47,146 nucleotides of DNA from a virus (Duplodnaviria > Caudoviricetes), in IMG/VR virus record IMGVR_UViG_3300044878_000075, positions 1 to 47,146 of that record. One strand, given 5' to 3'. Each line of letters starts with the position of its first letter. Position 1 is the stretch's first letter. The position numbers were made by a program, and so were the translations under genes. Below, piece by piece: positions 33,184-43,634 of the stretch. The notes under the pieces are model-generated. The model ran no database searches. It was not told the DNA's origin and was given only the letters and a program-made list of their open reading frames with translations.

Positions 33184-35358
33184 TCACACATAAAGCACGG
33201 CTGGAATTGCACGCTCTCCAGCTCCTAGGCCTGGATTGTTGATCACCGCGCCGCCGTACCAGAGTGTCGCTGAGCCGCCGCCATCAAGGTTGAATGCGTT
33301 GACACAGCCAAGCGCAAGAAGCTTGTCAGCAGCCTGCTTCATCGTGCATCCGGATGATCCGCTTACGCCATCGACAGCCAAGATTATATAACTAAGGTCA
33401 GCCTTTTGGCCCATACACATCCTCGCGCTAAGCGCTGTATCCCAACCGGCCTGATCAGGGATTATGCCTGACCCTACGGCATCATATACCGCCCCGTCTA
33501 CTACGAGAGGCGCCCTGAAATAAGCGGTTTGCCAAGACTCTTCCTCTATACTTTTGGACCCGACAAGGATTGGGTAATTCAGATCCACGGTTGCACGGAA
33601 GAAATCCCGGCAGGTCAGAAGGTTCCCAAGGTCTAGAACCATGCCAGATTGAGCAAAGTAATAATCCTCTGGCCCTGCCTGCTCATGCAGGCCCCCGTCC
33701 ACGATCACGTCGGGCAGTCGGCCATCTACCACGTTCCAAGAGCTAGAGTTCCACCCGAGCGTAGCGCCCGGGACCGTAGCCATCCAAGCGGATAGGGTTT
33801 GCTTCACGGTGCTGTTTTCCAAGCCTTTTATGTTCTTCACACTGCCGACAGTGAATGCGACTACGTAGGACTTGGCGTTATTCAGTGCAGCATCCGTCGT
33901 AGTTATGACGGGTGCGGTGACACTGGTCGTTGGTGCAGCTGTAACGACCAGTGTTTGAGGGCTGGTGGCGGTATCTACTGTAATCCCTGCATCGAGTTTA
34001 ACGGGTGTCCCGCTCGGCGCTTTGTACACGTTGTCATAGCTACGATTATTCAGCGCGCCAGTTGCTAACCACAACGCCGAGTTCGCGGGTATAGCCGATG
34101 TCATCTCGTAAACGTTGCGGTTGTGTCTCGTGCCGTCCGTGTTCTGGATTTTCAGAGTGAAAGCGACACCCTTTGACTCATTGTCTTCAACTACGAGGTT
34201 CGCTGATTTGTAGTAGAGGCCGTTTACGATCGGGTTTACCTCTATTCCACCGACCAGGCCGAGGAATACCGCCCCGGAGTTAACGACTGATTTGTTTCTC
34301 GTAAAATAGGTATCACGGCAAGACGTGAAACGGAATACCGGGGATGCGCCATGCTGGACGAATTCATTTTTGTAGGCCCGAGAGGTTAGGCAGCCTTGTA
34401 GTTTTAACAAATCATTCTTGCCGCTAACAACGTTGTGTGCGAATCGGAGCCCTGTACAGAAAGTACCGATGAACACTCCCAAAGCTGCACTAGCCGCGCC
34501 CCTATTTGATCCGACAAGGGTATTATGTTTTACGGTAGGCTTACTGATTCGACACTTGGAGGTGCCCGACAGCTTGATTGCAGCGTCGTTCGCTGAGAGC
34601 GCATTGTGATGTAGGTTTATCTGAGAGGCAGCGTACGATTTTGTCGGTGCGACCTCGATTCCGCAAGCAAACTCTTCTGCCTCACAATTGCTAACTTCGA
34701 TATTGCAAGCGTTGATGATTTTAATCGCACTGAAGGTCCTGCTCTTGCCCGATGTTGCTTTCACCTCGCTGACATCGAAGCCACTAACGATTGACCCAGG
34801 GCTTCCGATCACGAGCTGACTGTTAAATAGGTCGATCTTATCTACTTTGACAGGCGCGTACGCGATTGTACCGCTGACAGGCGCGACGGAAGCGATGAGG
34901 TTCTCGAACCCCATGGTCGATACATCAAATCGGCGCGTGAAGCTGATTTTGATAGTAGGCGCTAGATCGCCATTCGCTGGGCCTATAAATTTGACGTTTC
35001 CGTTTGTGAAGAACTGGCGGCGGAATTCAATATTTGAGGTGACGAGATAGGTTCCACTCAGCATAAGGTAATTTCCGCTTGCATATGCCTCTGCTTCTGC
35101 CGCAATCAAAGCAGAAGTAGCATCTACGACGCCGCCAGTCGGGATGCTATTTGTAGTGTTTGTGATGAATTGCGAGAACGCGGCCGCGGAGTTCTCGACG
35201 CCGGCGAGAGTTTTGCGTTGCGTGCCGAAGCGATCTGTAAATGTCAGCTCAGTACCGTTGACAATCTCATCAATATGCTTAGCGTTATCGTCTAGATCGC
35301 GAGGATCGATAGAAGGAACCGGATTACCAGTATTGTAGAAACTCATGGCGTCGGCCAC
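33184..35358 (-). CDS. Tailspike 1: anchor, beta-helix and C-terminal NAGPA/phosphodiester glycosidase domain
   Basis: YNTGNPVPS.DPRDL.DNA; Asn-ladder repeats; AR...G...VDG...A.NLDGGGS. Confidence 0.85.
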   Translation of the reverse strand: MADAMSFYNTGNPVPSIDPRDLDDNAKHIDEIVNGTELTFTDRFGTQRKTLAGVENSAAAFSQFITNTTNSIPTGGVVDATSALIAAEAEAYASGNYLMLSGTYLVTSNIEFRRQFFTNGNVKFIGPANGDLAPTIKISFTRRFDVSTMGFENLIASVAPVSGTIAYAPVKVDKIDLFNSQLVIGSPGSIVSGFDVSEVKATSGKSRTFSAIKIINACNIEVSNCEAEEFACGIEVAPTKSYAASQINLHHNALSANDAAIKLSGTSKCRISKPTVKHNTLVGSNRGAASAALGVFIGTFCTGLRFAHNVVSGKNDLLKLQGCLTSRAYKNEFVQHGASPVFRFTSCRDTYFTRNKSVVNSGAVFLGLVGGIEVNPIVNGLYYKSANLVVEDNESKGVAFTLKIQNTDGTRHNRNVYEMTSAIPANSALWLATGALNNRSYDNVYKAPSGTPVKLDAGITVDTATSPQTLVVTAAPTTSVTAPVITTTDAALNNAKSYVVAFTVGSVKNIKGLENSTVKQTLSAWMATVPGATLGWNSSSWNVVDGRLPDVIVDGGLHEQAGPEDYYFAQSGMVLDLGNLLTCRDFFRATVDLNYPILVGSKSIEEESWQTAYFRAPLVVDGAVYDAVGSGIIPDQAGWDTALSARMCMGQKADLSYIILAVDGVSGSSGCTMKQAADKLLALGCVNAFNLDGGGSATLWYGGAVINNPGLGAGERAIPAVLYV

Positions 35359-35855
35359 TCCTGATTAATTGCTTGGTCTGTTTCGAGAATGTAGATCTGC
35401 CATGGATTCATAGGCCACTTGTCGTTCATGGCAATATCAAAGATTGCTTGTTGTGCGACGAAATCAGGAATAAGACCCCAGTCGACAGGAAGAATTGGGC
35501 GCTCGCGTAATTCGAGTTCGGCGCTAATCTGCCAAAGAAGAGGCCCGAGGCGATTAGGGCCTGTGTAGATATCAGTGAATCGAGCGGTGTAATCCTGATA
35601 TCCAAGCGGAGTTTCAAGAGGGCATTCGAACCACTGTGAGCCGTCAATTAACTGATCGCGCCACCACGCCTCGAACGCCTGAGCCTGAGCCGAATTGAAT
35701 ATCCAACTAATGCTAGCCATCGTCGGGACGCTGGTGAAATTCCGGCGTTGACGAGCGCGCCCGCTAGCGAGATCTGATCGCTTTAGCGGGCTAACTGTTT
35801 GGTAGGTTCTGCCGTTATGGAGGCCACGCGGCAATGACTCTGGATAATTGATCAT
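35343..35855 (-). CDS. Minor tail protein (distal-tail-like)
   Basis: SGRARQRR.F..VP, FEAWW, G..WF. Confidence 0.75.
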   Translation of the reverse strand: MINYPESLPRGLHNGRTYQTVSPLKRSDLASGRARQRRNFTSVPTMASISWIFNSAQAQAFEAWWRDQLIDGSQWFECPLETPLGYQDYTARFTDIYTGPNRLGPLLWQISAELELRERPILPVDWGLIPDFVAQQAIFDIAMNDKWPMNPWQIYILETDQAINQEWPTP

Positions 35856-38509
35856 GGCGGCGAAAGGTCGTCCGATGCATATACCAACTCATTATACTGC
35901 ATCGCTTCAACGCTGGCCGAGTCAGTCCCATTTGGCGAAATTGAAGTGATCAGAACTTTATATCCGATGCCGAATAGTAAGTGCGGCGGCTCGCGATCTA
36001 GTGAGGTATCTGGAGGGAAATCCAATCCAGAGATCGAAAGATGGAAGTCATCAATACGAGTGGCGATATATGGGCCAGCACTAGACCCATCTTGGCGGCG
36101 CACATACAAATAATACGGCCCCTGATCTGACCAGTCGAAAGCCTCAGACGACTCAATAACGCCATTGTCATAAGAGATCATATAGGCGGATTGCGCATAG
36201 CCAGGAACGTCGTCGGCGACTTGGACATAGCTCAAGTAGCGACTATTCAGCGCATCAAGCTCGGTGGCCCAGTTGTATTCCCAGCGACGATATTTCAATG
36301 CGCGACGTTGACGCATGCCGATGCGCCATGCCTTGGTGCGATTGGTGCATCCTTCCGCCTTGATCTTTTGGACTCGCGTGCCAGCGTCTCCAGGCAAGCG
36401 ACATTCAACAGTCTCAACCTGCCAAGAAACGCCGTCGACATACTCAACATCAACGCCGTCGTAGTCGTCAGGGCGAATCGCAGTGAAGTCGCGTTCAAGA
36501 CCGCGAGTCATGTTCTGAGGTGTGTACATCGACTCAAATACGGTCTTAGGTTCATCTCGGGCAGGACGCAATAATCCACGGTCAACAGTAAGCTCACTGA
36601 AACCGCATGAGAGCGCGTCATTGATAACGCCCTTAGCTGTGCCGTTGGTGTTCGTTGCTTGGTCGTAGTGGTCGCCACGAGCCTTCCAGATTGCGTCTAG
36701 CCGATCTAGCTCTACAAGATCGATATCTGCATCTGTGTAGCCAACGTTCTTTGCGACGTACGCGAAGAATGGAGCGATGTCGCGGGTTGCGATTGGCGCT
36801 GTCCAAGCTCCAGCTACACGGGTAGGCAGCTTGCGCGTTGCTTCTACGGAAACCAGCGTTTCTGACTGTGCAGAAAGTCGATCACCACCGCGAGCATTCA
36901 TGCTCATGACAGTTACCCCGGTATATGAGGTAGGGCCAGACAGGAGCGAGCGAGCGCCATACCAGACGGTATCATTGTTGATCTCGTTCTCGCGCTCTGA
37001 TTGCTGGATGAAGCGCTTCTTTATGCGAGCCTCTGGACGCATCGGGTACGGAAGATCGACGCGATTAGTAAATCCTTGAGAGTCAAGCGAAGACCCCGAG
37101 TGTGCCTTTTCAATTACGGTCCACGCTCCCGCAATATCCATGTCACGGTATTCAAATGAGTGAAACGCCGACACCTCGTAAACTTGACCCTCGCGACCTA
37201 GACCGCACAGACCAGACGGCATGAACACATCCCACTCAATAGCTGTGGCCTTCTCGCCAAATGGGCACATGGCGAATGGACCACGATAACCACCCTCAAG
37301 GTTTGATGGGTCAAGAGTCACTGAGGCTGATGCAGTTTCGAGATAAATAAAGCCTGGGAAGCCTGTATCGACTGCACCAGTAGAATCCAGTCGCTCGACA
37401 GTAATTTGTGGAGTGCTGAACACGGTGATCCTATACCGCTGTCCACGCGGCCCTATGCTCGCCGGAAGCGATCCTAGCGTCATACCAGTTACAGGCGCCC
37501 CACCATCAAAGTTCAGAGTCATCTCGGCTGGAGTGAGCCCTACGGACGGAGTGAAGCTATTAACGACGTACAGGCCTGCGTTAGTACCAGCAATCTCAAT
37601 CGAGTCTCCAACCGTTGGGTTAAGCATGTCGAGATTGAATCCGCGAATGATGTCACGACCAGCGCCGCCATCAATGAAATCGTATTGGTACGAAACGAGG
37701 ATGCGTACGATCAGGCCGTCTGACCAATCGCTAGGAAATGATCCTGCTCCGGATGGGATGGTGACGGTGTAGTCGTCGAAGATCTGAGATGTTGCAACGT
37801 AGCCGTTAGTTAGCGGAGTCGCAACCGTCAACTCAAGCCCTGACGAGCCGTTAGAGCTTGAACCGACCTCAGTAACGTCGTTCCACCACATATGCGCGGG
37901 ATCTGCGCTTAGGTCGGCACCTGGCGGATAGACGTTAATCTCTACGTCAGCACCTAGAGAGATAGCCGGGGTATCGCCAATCAGAATCTTGTTGCCTGGA
38001 ACTTCGTGATCACCCTTGCCGATGCACAGAAGCATTTCGACGTGCTGCTCACGAGGTCCCGCGAAGTAACGGCGAGGCGGCAGCAAATAGTCAGGGTAAA
38101 CCTTGCGAGTTCCGGCGATCTCGCGGATAGGCGAGTTCAGCTTGACCTTGTTGCCCTTAATCGAAGCCTCGTTAATCCCTTCGCCATTCTGCGCAGTAGA
38201 ATTAACCTTTGGAATCTTTGGCGTCAAAGTTTTGATGGCTACGAGAAAGAGTGCTCCGAAGAACAGTTCTGTACCCTTTGGCTCAATCACAATGTCGACG
38301 GTATCAGTAGCAGCAAACGAGCAAATATCCCACTGCTCTGGAGGAATTAACTTGCCGTTTAAAGAAGCGCTAATTGGCGGAACTTCCATGTCCTTATAGC
38401 TAGGAATATCAGGATTAGTCGCCAACCACTGGCGCACAGTCATTCCGCCTACCTGAAACTCTTCGCCAGGCTCATCATTAAGTTTCGACCCGAATACTCT
38501 AATTGTCAC
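35852..38509 (-). CDS. Central tail tip/host-specificity protein (lambda J-like)
   Basis: 885 aa; PIREIAG..KVYPD, DYDGVDVEYVD, TELDALN. Confidence 0.85.
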   Translation of the reverse strand: MTIRVFGSKLNDEPGEEFQVGGMTVRQWLATNPDIPSYKDMEVPPISASLNGKLIPPEQWDICSFAATDTVDIVIEPKGTELFFGALFLVAIKTLTPKIPKVNSTAQNGEGINEASIKGNKVKLNSPIREIAGTRKVYPDYLLPPRRYFAGPREQHVEMLLCIGKGDHEVPGNKILIGDTPAISLGADVEINVYPPGADLSADPAHMWWNDVTEVGSSSNGSSGLELTVATPLTNGYVATSQIFDDYTVTIPSGAGSFPSDWSDGLIVRILVSYQYDFIDGGAGRDIIRGFNLDMLNPTVGDSIEIAGTNAGLYVVNSFTPSVGLTPAEMTLNFDGGAPVTGMTLGSLPASIGPRGQRYRITVFSTPQITVERLDSTGAVDTGFPGFIYLETASASVTLDPSNLEGGYRGPFAMCPFGEKATAIEWDVFMPSGLCGLGREGQVYEVSAFHSFEYRDMDIAGAWTVIEKAHSGSSLDSQGFTNRVDLPYPMRPEARIKKRFIQQSERENEINNDTVWYGARSLLSGPTSYTGVTVMSMNARGGDRLSAQSETLVSVEATRKLPTRVAGAWTAPIATRDIAPFFAYVAKNVGYTDADIDLVELDRLDAIWKARGDHYDQATNTNGTAKGVINDALSCGFSELTVDRGLLRPARDEPKTVFESMYTPQNMTRGLERDFTAIRPDDYDGVDVEYVDGVSWQVETVECRLPGDAGTRVQKIKAEGCTNRTKAWRIGMRQRRALKYRRWEYNWATELDALNSRYLSYVQVADDVPGYAQSAYMISYDNGVIESSEAFDWSDQGPYYLYVRRQDGSSAGPYIATRIDDFHLSISGLDFPPDTSLDREPPHLLFGIGYKVLITSISPNGTDSASVEAMQYNELVYASDDLSPP

Positions 38510-38891
38510 GGTAGTAGATCACTCTTAGATATTGGGATTCGAAATCACTAACGCGCATCAGCCGAGCCCCCTTCTTCGGGTTGATCTCTAGCGCGTGCAA
38601 TCCATTTTCTAGTTCAATTATAACAGCGACGTGTATGCACAAAGGTCCGCGGAACACGGCTGCGATTGCTCCGTGTTCTGGTGCGCACTCTTGCATTGAG
38701 GCGGATTCTTGTTGATAGGCGCGGGTGAATTCTTTAGGTTGCGTGTTTCGGATTGCGCCGAATGATGGGAGTAGGCGCTTGCCACAATGGTGATGGCGAA
38801 CCAATCTAACAAGACCGAAACAGTCCAGCTCGCCAACTTCTCGGCCACCGTCTACGTATTTAGAGGCTAGATAAGCGTTGATCCATTCCAT
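38499..38891 (-). CDS. NlpC/P60-like tail tip assembly protein (gpK-like)
   Basis: Y..GGR....DCFGLVR and HVA. Confidence 0.85.
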   Translation of the reverse strand: MEWINAYLASKYVDGGREVGELDCFGLVRLVRHHHCGKRLLPSFGAIRNTQPKEFTRAYQQESASMQECAPEHGAIAAVFRGPLCIHVAVIIELENGLHALEINPKKGARLMRVSDFESQYLRVIYYRDN

Positions 38892-39379
38892 TAGAGGTAC
38901 TTCAATCCAGGAAATTCAACGGTGTTATATGCATCGCGAGGCCACGCATAGTTCAATGCATCTACAAATCCGGCCTCAATTTGAACCGTAGTACCAGTTA
39001 CATTCCCGCCAAGTACTACCGCATAGAATGGTTTTTCAGAAGGCGTCGTAAGATCAGTATTCAAATACCGGCGAAAGGTAAGCGTGATTCTTGCGCCAGC
39101 TTCCATGGCGGTATCAATCAACCGCTGAGCCTGACCAGTAACGTTATCAATCGCAAAGTTAAGCGTCTGGTTGCCTTGGTTGTTCTTCTTTGGCAGCGCA
39201 ATAGCGATAGGTGCGGCCATGAATTCTTTAAAGGTAACGCCATCAAGGCCAAGAGTCATATCCTCATAACCCTTGACGATGTACATCGATTCAGTCCACG
39301 CAGGACAAGCAAGCTCGATGGTGTCAATGATTACTTCTGAGCCTGCCGACGCATATACGCGCTCAATTAACGTGCTCAA
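38891..39379 (-). CDS. Minor tail protein (DUF1833, gpL-like)
   Basis: IDNV.G, TFRRYL, FPGL. Confidence 0.85.
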   Translation of the reverse strand: MSTLIERVYASAGSEVIIDTIELACPAWTESMYIVKGYEDMTLGLDGVTFKEFMAAPIAIALPKKNNQGNQTLNFAIDNVTGQAQRLIDTAMEAGARITLTFRRYLNTDLTTPSEKPFYAVVLGGNVTGTTVQIEAGFVDALNYAWPRDAYNTVEFPGLKYL

Positions 39380-42300
39380 ACTCCCTGCCTCCTAGTCCCG
39401 GTAATCTGATTCGTTGCGCGGCTAGTCCTACCGTCGCCCATCATGTCGCCGACAATTGTATCAATAACCCAGCGACGATCTTGCTCGCTGAACTTGGCGG
39501 TGGATTGCATTGTCTGCCCGCTGTAGTTGTGGTTGTTGATTACTGGAGCATTTCCTGCGCCGCCACCACCTGAACTCGCATCCTTATTGCTAACCACATC
39601 GCCGCGACTGTTAGGCATCATGTATTGACGACCATTTGCTGCGTTAAATATCTCTGGAGCACCTGTTTCGTTGACGCGATACATTCCGCCCGCCTGCACT
39701 GGACCGCCAAGAGCTTTACCGCTAACCATTGACAGGCCAGATGCAAGAGCGCTGGTAGAAGTCAGTGCGGCAGCAGCAGGAGCGGCGTTAGCGCCAAAGG
39801 ATGCCAGGGATGCGAATGCAGCAGCAGGAGCCCATGCAGCGGAAACAATAGCAGCCTCAGCTACAGACGCAGCAGTCGCAGCAGCAGCAGTTGCTTGACC
39901 TACAGACGCCATCACGATCTGTTGCTTGACCCATTCAACACCAGCCTGGACGAACGAACCGATTACAGCATTGAGCACGGTATTAGCGATGTTGCCGAGC
40001 GCGTCTTGCAGGCTCATAGTGCCAGAAAGAATCCCGCCAAGCGCTTGAGTTCCTGCTTGGCCTAGAGCATCAAGCCCGTCAATTAGCGCTTGATTGCCGG
40101 CAGACTGAGCGGCAAATCGCTGCTGCTCAATCTGAAACATCCTGTCGTTGTATTCGGTTTCTGCTTGCTCTTTAAGTGCAAGGTAATCTGTGTCGCTCAA
40201 CAGCTTCATGTCGTTGACGGTTTGCAGGTCTTTCAGTTGCTGCTGATATCCTTGCGCAGCATTGGCGGCAGGATCTACACGCGCAAGAGTATCTTTTGCC
40301 GTCTTGGCATCATAGAAGGCGCCCGCGATATCCCGGATTGACTGAATCTGTTCAGGAGTTGCGTATTTGTTAAGCGCTAGCTGCGCCTGATCCTGAGCCA
40401 GTTCTCGCGCTGACTGACCGACGCTTGCAAGCTCAGCTCCCAGCTTAGAGAAGACCTCAAGATTGCTTTCAATTCCTTTCTTCTCTTCTTGAGCTGCACG
40501 CTTGGCAAGCTGCTCAGCATTTGTCTTTTGCTTCTTGTTTGCCTCGTCTAACGACTTGGTTGCGGTTTCTAGCTTGTAAATCTCAGCGCCGAGTGCTGCT
40601 GCCTCAGCCTTTTCCTTTTCGGTGGCTGCGCTTCCTAGCTTCTGAATTGCTTGAAGTCTAGCCTTTGCTTCTCCTGTAAGCTTTGCTAATGCAAGCTGCT
40701 CTTTAAGCGTGTCGATGGCTTTTTGGCCGTCTTCCGAAGTCTCAGAAACAACCGGAGTTATCGTTGGGTTTACTGCTGGAGCTTGCGGCTTGTTTGTGAT
40801 TTTGTCTTGTGCTGCTGCAATCTCATCAAGTCGCTTTTCACGAAGGGCGATAGCCTGGTTTACATCATCAAGCGCAGCCCTTACCTCTGTTTGCTTCTTA
40901 GCGAAAGCCTCTGCCGATAGAACTGCCTTGTCGCTTGACAGACTATTGAAGTTGTTTCGAGCAACAGCAAGCTGGCCATTAAGATCTACGATTTCCTCTT
41001 TTACCTCCTGAGAAGCCCTTGACATCTGATTGAAAGAAAGAGTCTCAAGCGATCCATTAAGCGCATCAACCTCTACCCTGGCCTTGGCAGATTCTCGCGA
41101 GAACGCAGCAACAGCAGTTGCAGCCAATAGGAATACACCAAGCGGGCCACCAAGGAAAGATGTTGCTTTCCCCAGTAAACCAAGAGCAATGCTGGACTTC
41201 GTTGCAACTCCTGCGCTAGCTGCTAGCGCAGCGTTAAGATTGGTTGTTGCTGCCGCAGCCCTGGCTTCTGCTGCTGCTAGTTGATCAGCGTTAGCTGAGC
41301 CTAGCTTCATTCCAGAGTTTGCAGCCTGAATAGCAACTGTCTTTGCAAGCGCCGCCTTAGCTGCTGCGTCTTCTGCGCGAGCTAGAGCTAGATCCGCTGC
41401 TGCTGCCTGCTGCGATGCGGCAACCTGCTCAAGCGTGGCCTTTACTGCTGCAGCTTGAGCGGTCGCAAATCCTGCAAGACCGGTAACAACCCTGCCGGTA
41501 ATTACAGCCGCAAATGATAGAGCTGCGTCGCCGGCTACATTAAAGAACGATGCAAGCGCATCCTTGTTGCTTCCGAAAGACGAAAGAACATCGGTCAACT
41601 GCTTTGTAAGATCGCGTAATGTCGAGTCTGACAAGTCGCCAATAGTAATTTGCAGGGTCTCGAATGCGCTTGATAGGTTGGCTACGTCACCTTTTAGGTT
41701 ATCTTGGTTAATCGCTGCCTGTTTATATGCCTCAGACGTGCCAGTGATAGCGGTAGTAACATTATCCATCGTGCCACGGAACTGCAAAAGTACCTTGGCG
41801 GTGGTGATATTCTCTCGCCCGAACAGCTTGACCATTTGCGTATCGTCAAGACCGGCCTTTTCAAGATTCGCAAGCGCCGTGGACAGGCCAACGACCGAAG
41901 GCTTAAATTCAGACTTGGCTTGAGTGTTTAGGATTGTCAGAATGTTTCTGAGACCGGTGCCCGCCTCTCCAGCCTTGATCTGACCTTGAGCTAGCGCCTG
42001 AATTGCGCCGTTGAACTGTTCAAAGCTAAGGCCTGCTTGAGCCGCAACGACGCCAGCATCTTTCATCGCTGCTACTGTGTCATTGATTTCGGAGGCGCCT
42101 TCTTTCGCACCAGCCGCCAAAACGTTAATGACCCGTCCTGCCTGATCAGCCCCAAGCTGGAACTGGTTAAGCGCACCAGTTAGTGCCGCAGCGGCCTCTG
42201 GAAGAGTGCTGCCTGCTGCTTCAGCCAAGGTTACGGCCTGCTGCGTAACGGCCTTGAGAGAGTCGGCAGACTTCAACAGATCAGGAGATGCAGAGCCAAT

Positions 42301-42675
42301 CAGCTTCATCGCTTCTGCTGCTTGAGTGGCGCTCAGGGATGTAGAGCCGCCGATATCAATGGCCGCTTGACGAAAGACTTCTAGATCCTTGCCGACCGCG
42401 CCAGTCAATGCAGAAAGGTTGGAGATTGTCGCGTTGAACTCCATTGTCACGGCAATGGCTTTCTTGAACTCATTAACCACGGCGGCAACAGACAGAACAC
42501 CAGCAATCGATGTTGCGAGCCTGCTTAGCCCTCCACCCAACTGAGCTGCTGCCTTATCCGTGCGGTCAAAAGATCCTTGTAGGCTATCAAGTTGCTTATC
42601 AGCAGCCTTTGTGCCGGAAACAAGCTGAGCAGTCTCGATGTTGGTTGTATATGTGATCGTGCCAAGGTTGCTCAT
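39376..42675 (-). CDS. Tape measure protein
   Basis: 1099 aa, Ala-rich helical; TP901-type N-terminal region; GGPV..G..Y.VNE.G.PE. Confidence 0.95.
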   Translation of the reverse strand: MSNLGTITYTTNIETAQLVSGTKAADKQLDSLQGSFDRTDKAAAQLGGGLSRLATSIAGVLSVAAVVNEFKKAIAVTMEFNATISNLSALTGAVGKDLEVFRQAAIDIGGSTSLSATQAAEAMKLIGSASPDLLKSADSLKAVTQQAVTLAEAAGSTLPEAAAALTGALNQFQLGADQAGRVINVLAAGAKEGASEINDTVAAMKDAGVVAAQAGLSFEQFNGAIQALAQGQIKAGEAGTGLRNILTILNTQAKSEFKPSVVGLSTALANLEKAGLDDTQMVKLFGRENITTAKVLLQFRGTMDNVTTAITGTSEAYKQAAINQDNLKGDVANLSSAFETLQITIGDLSDSTLRDLTKQLTDVLSSFGSNKDALASFFNVAGDAALSFAAVITGRVVTGLAGFATAQAAAVKATLEQVAASQQAAAADLALARAEDAAAKAALAKTVAIQAANSGMKLGSANADQLAAAEARAAAATTNLNAALAASAGVATKSSIALGLLGKATSFLGGPLGVFLLAATAVAAFSRESAKARVEVDALNGSLETLSFNQMSRASQEVKEEIVDLNGQLAVARNNFNSLSSDKAVLSAEAFAKKQTEVRAALDDVNQAIALREKRLDEIAAAQDKITNKPQAPAVNPTITPVVSETSEDGQKAIDTLKEQLALAKLTGEAKARLQAIQKLGSAATEKEKAEAAALGAEIYKLETATKSLDEANKKQKTNAEQLAKRAAQEEKKGIESNLEVFSKLGAELASVGQSARELAQDQAQLALNKYATPEQIQSIRDIAGAFYDAKTAKDTLARVDPAANAAQGYQQQLKDLQTVNDMKLLSDTDYLALKEQAETEYNDRMFQIEQQRFAAQSAGNQALIDGLDALGQAGTQALGGILSGTMSLQDALGNIANTVLNAVIGSFVQAGVEWVKQQIVMASVGQATAAAATAASVAEAAIVSAAWAPAAAFASLASFGANAAPAAAALTSTSALASGLSMVSGKALGGPVQAGGMYRVNETGAPEIFNAANGRQYMMPNSRGDVVSNKDASSGGGGAGNAPVINNHNYSGQTMQSTAKFSEQDRRWVIDTIVGDMMGDGRTSRATNQITGTRRQGV

Positions 42676-43286
42676 TGGTACTGTCTCAGTCGGTTAATTT
42701 CTTTGAGTCGAGCCATTGCATCATCATGTTCATCAAGGCTCGGCAGAGTTTCAGGTTTTCCGAATTTTGACTGCATCGCCCCGGCGAACTCAGTCATTGT
42801 CATATTCCAAGCCTTATCACTATCAATTCCGAGATGAGCGACGGCCTGCGCCACGAATTCTCGCGCTCTGAATTCTGGCGTGTACTCTTCTTTTGGTTTT
42901 GCGAGCAGGCCTTCAGGCTTAAGGCCGATGATCCCGTCATTTATCAGTGATCTAGCGAGATAGACCATATCCATTGCAGGCATTGCGCCTGGAACGAACG
43001 AACCCCACTTGCTACCCATATGGCCAAGCAGCGGCGTTACGTCGTCATCGCAGCAGGCCACGAGAACGTCATAAGCAACAGACATGACGTCGCGCTCCCA
43101 TGACCTATAAGATTGCACGGGCCAAATCGGATTTATTGAAGGGGTCGAAAAAAGAACGCCGTACTTTTCTACGATCTCTCGCGGAGAGCCTAGAGAATCC
43201 ATGGCTGATAGCGACGGCCTGAACAGATATTCTTTGTCGCCAACATAGGCGCCAATCTCTCCAATGCTGGTGATGGGCTTGCGCAT
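42672..43286 (-). CDS. Tail assembly chaperone
   Basis: Directly upstream of TMP; FRPSL.AM..LG.P, AW.MTMTEF. Confidence 0.75.
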   Translation of the reverse strand: MRKPITSIGEIGAYVGDKEYLFRPSLSAMDSLGSPREIVEKYGVLFSTPSINPIWPVQSYRSWERDVMSVAYDVLVACCDDDVTPLLGHMGSKWGSFVPGAMPAMDMVYLARSLINDGIIGLKPEGLLAKPKEEYTPEFRAREFVAQAVAHLGIDSDKAWNMTMTEFAGAMQSKFGKPETLPSLDEHDDAMARLKEINRLRQYQ

Positions 43287-43313
43287 TTTTAGCGTCCGCA
43301 GAATTAATGATCC

Positions 43314-43358
43314 ATTTTAGCATTTTGCGCTTGACGCCTTTTCGCTCAAGGATATAAT
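43314..43358. promoter_or_regulatory. Divergent pair: TGCTAAAAT (minus) and TTGACG-16-TATAAT (plus)
   Basis: 43314-43322 and 43331-43358. Confidence 0.75.
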
Positions 43359-43388
43359 CGGATGACACAAACTATTTTGGCGGTTTAA

Positions 43389-43598
43389 ATGCTTACTTTG
43401 GTGCTAGTGGTTGGTCTTTGCACATCAAATGGATGCCTATACATGGACGCGACCGACAGGTTTGGCATCAAAAGCGATGAGGAGTGCGCGCAGATCGCGA
43501 ATTACGCGAATGATCAGAATAGGATTGATAGGAAGGAGCAGCGATTTGCATGCCTTGAGCCAAGGGTTTATCAGGGTCTTGTCAGTAGAGAGATGTAA
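43389..43598 (+). CDS. Moron: small exported Cys-rich protein
   Basis: Hydrophobic N-terminus, 4 Cys, own promoter and terminator, antisense to tail genes. Confidence 0.75.
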   Translation: MLTLVLVVGLCTSNGCLYMDATDRFGIKSDEECAQIANYANDQNRIDRKEQRFACLEPRVYQGLVSREM

Positions 43599-43620
43599 AA
43601 AAGCCCCTTTCGGGGCTTCT
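43597..43620. terminator. Terminator after major tail gene (possibly bidirectional)
   Basis: AAGCCCC-GAAA-GGGGCTT-TTTT on minus. Confidence 0.85.
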
Positions 43621-43634
43621 TAATTTCTGTAGCG

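Noticed and set aside
42672-43286. Programmed G/GT frameshift in the tail chaperone
   Set aside because: One ORF runs into the TMP start; no separate T frame and no clear XXXYYYZ site identified
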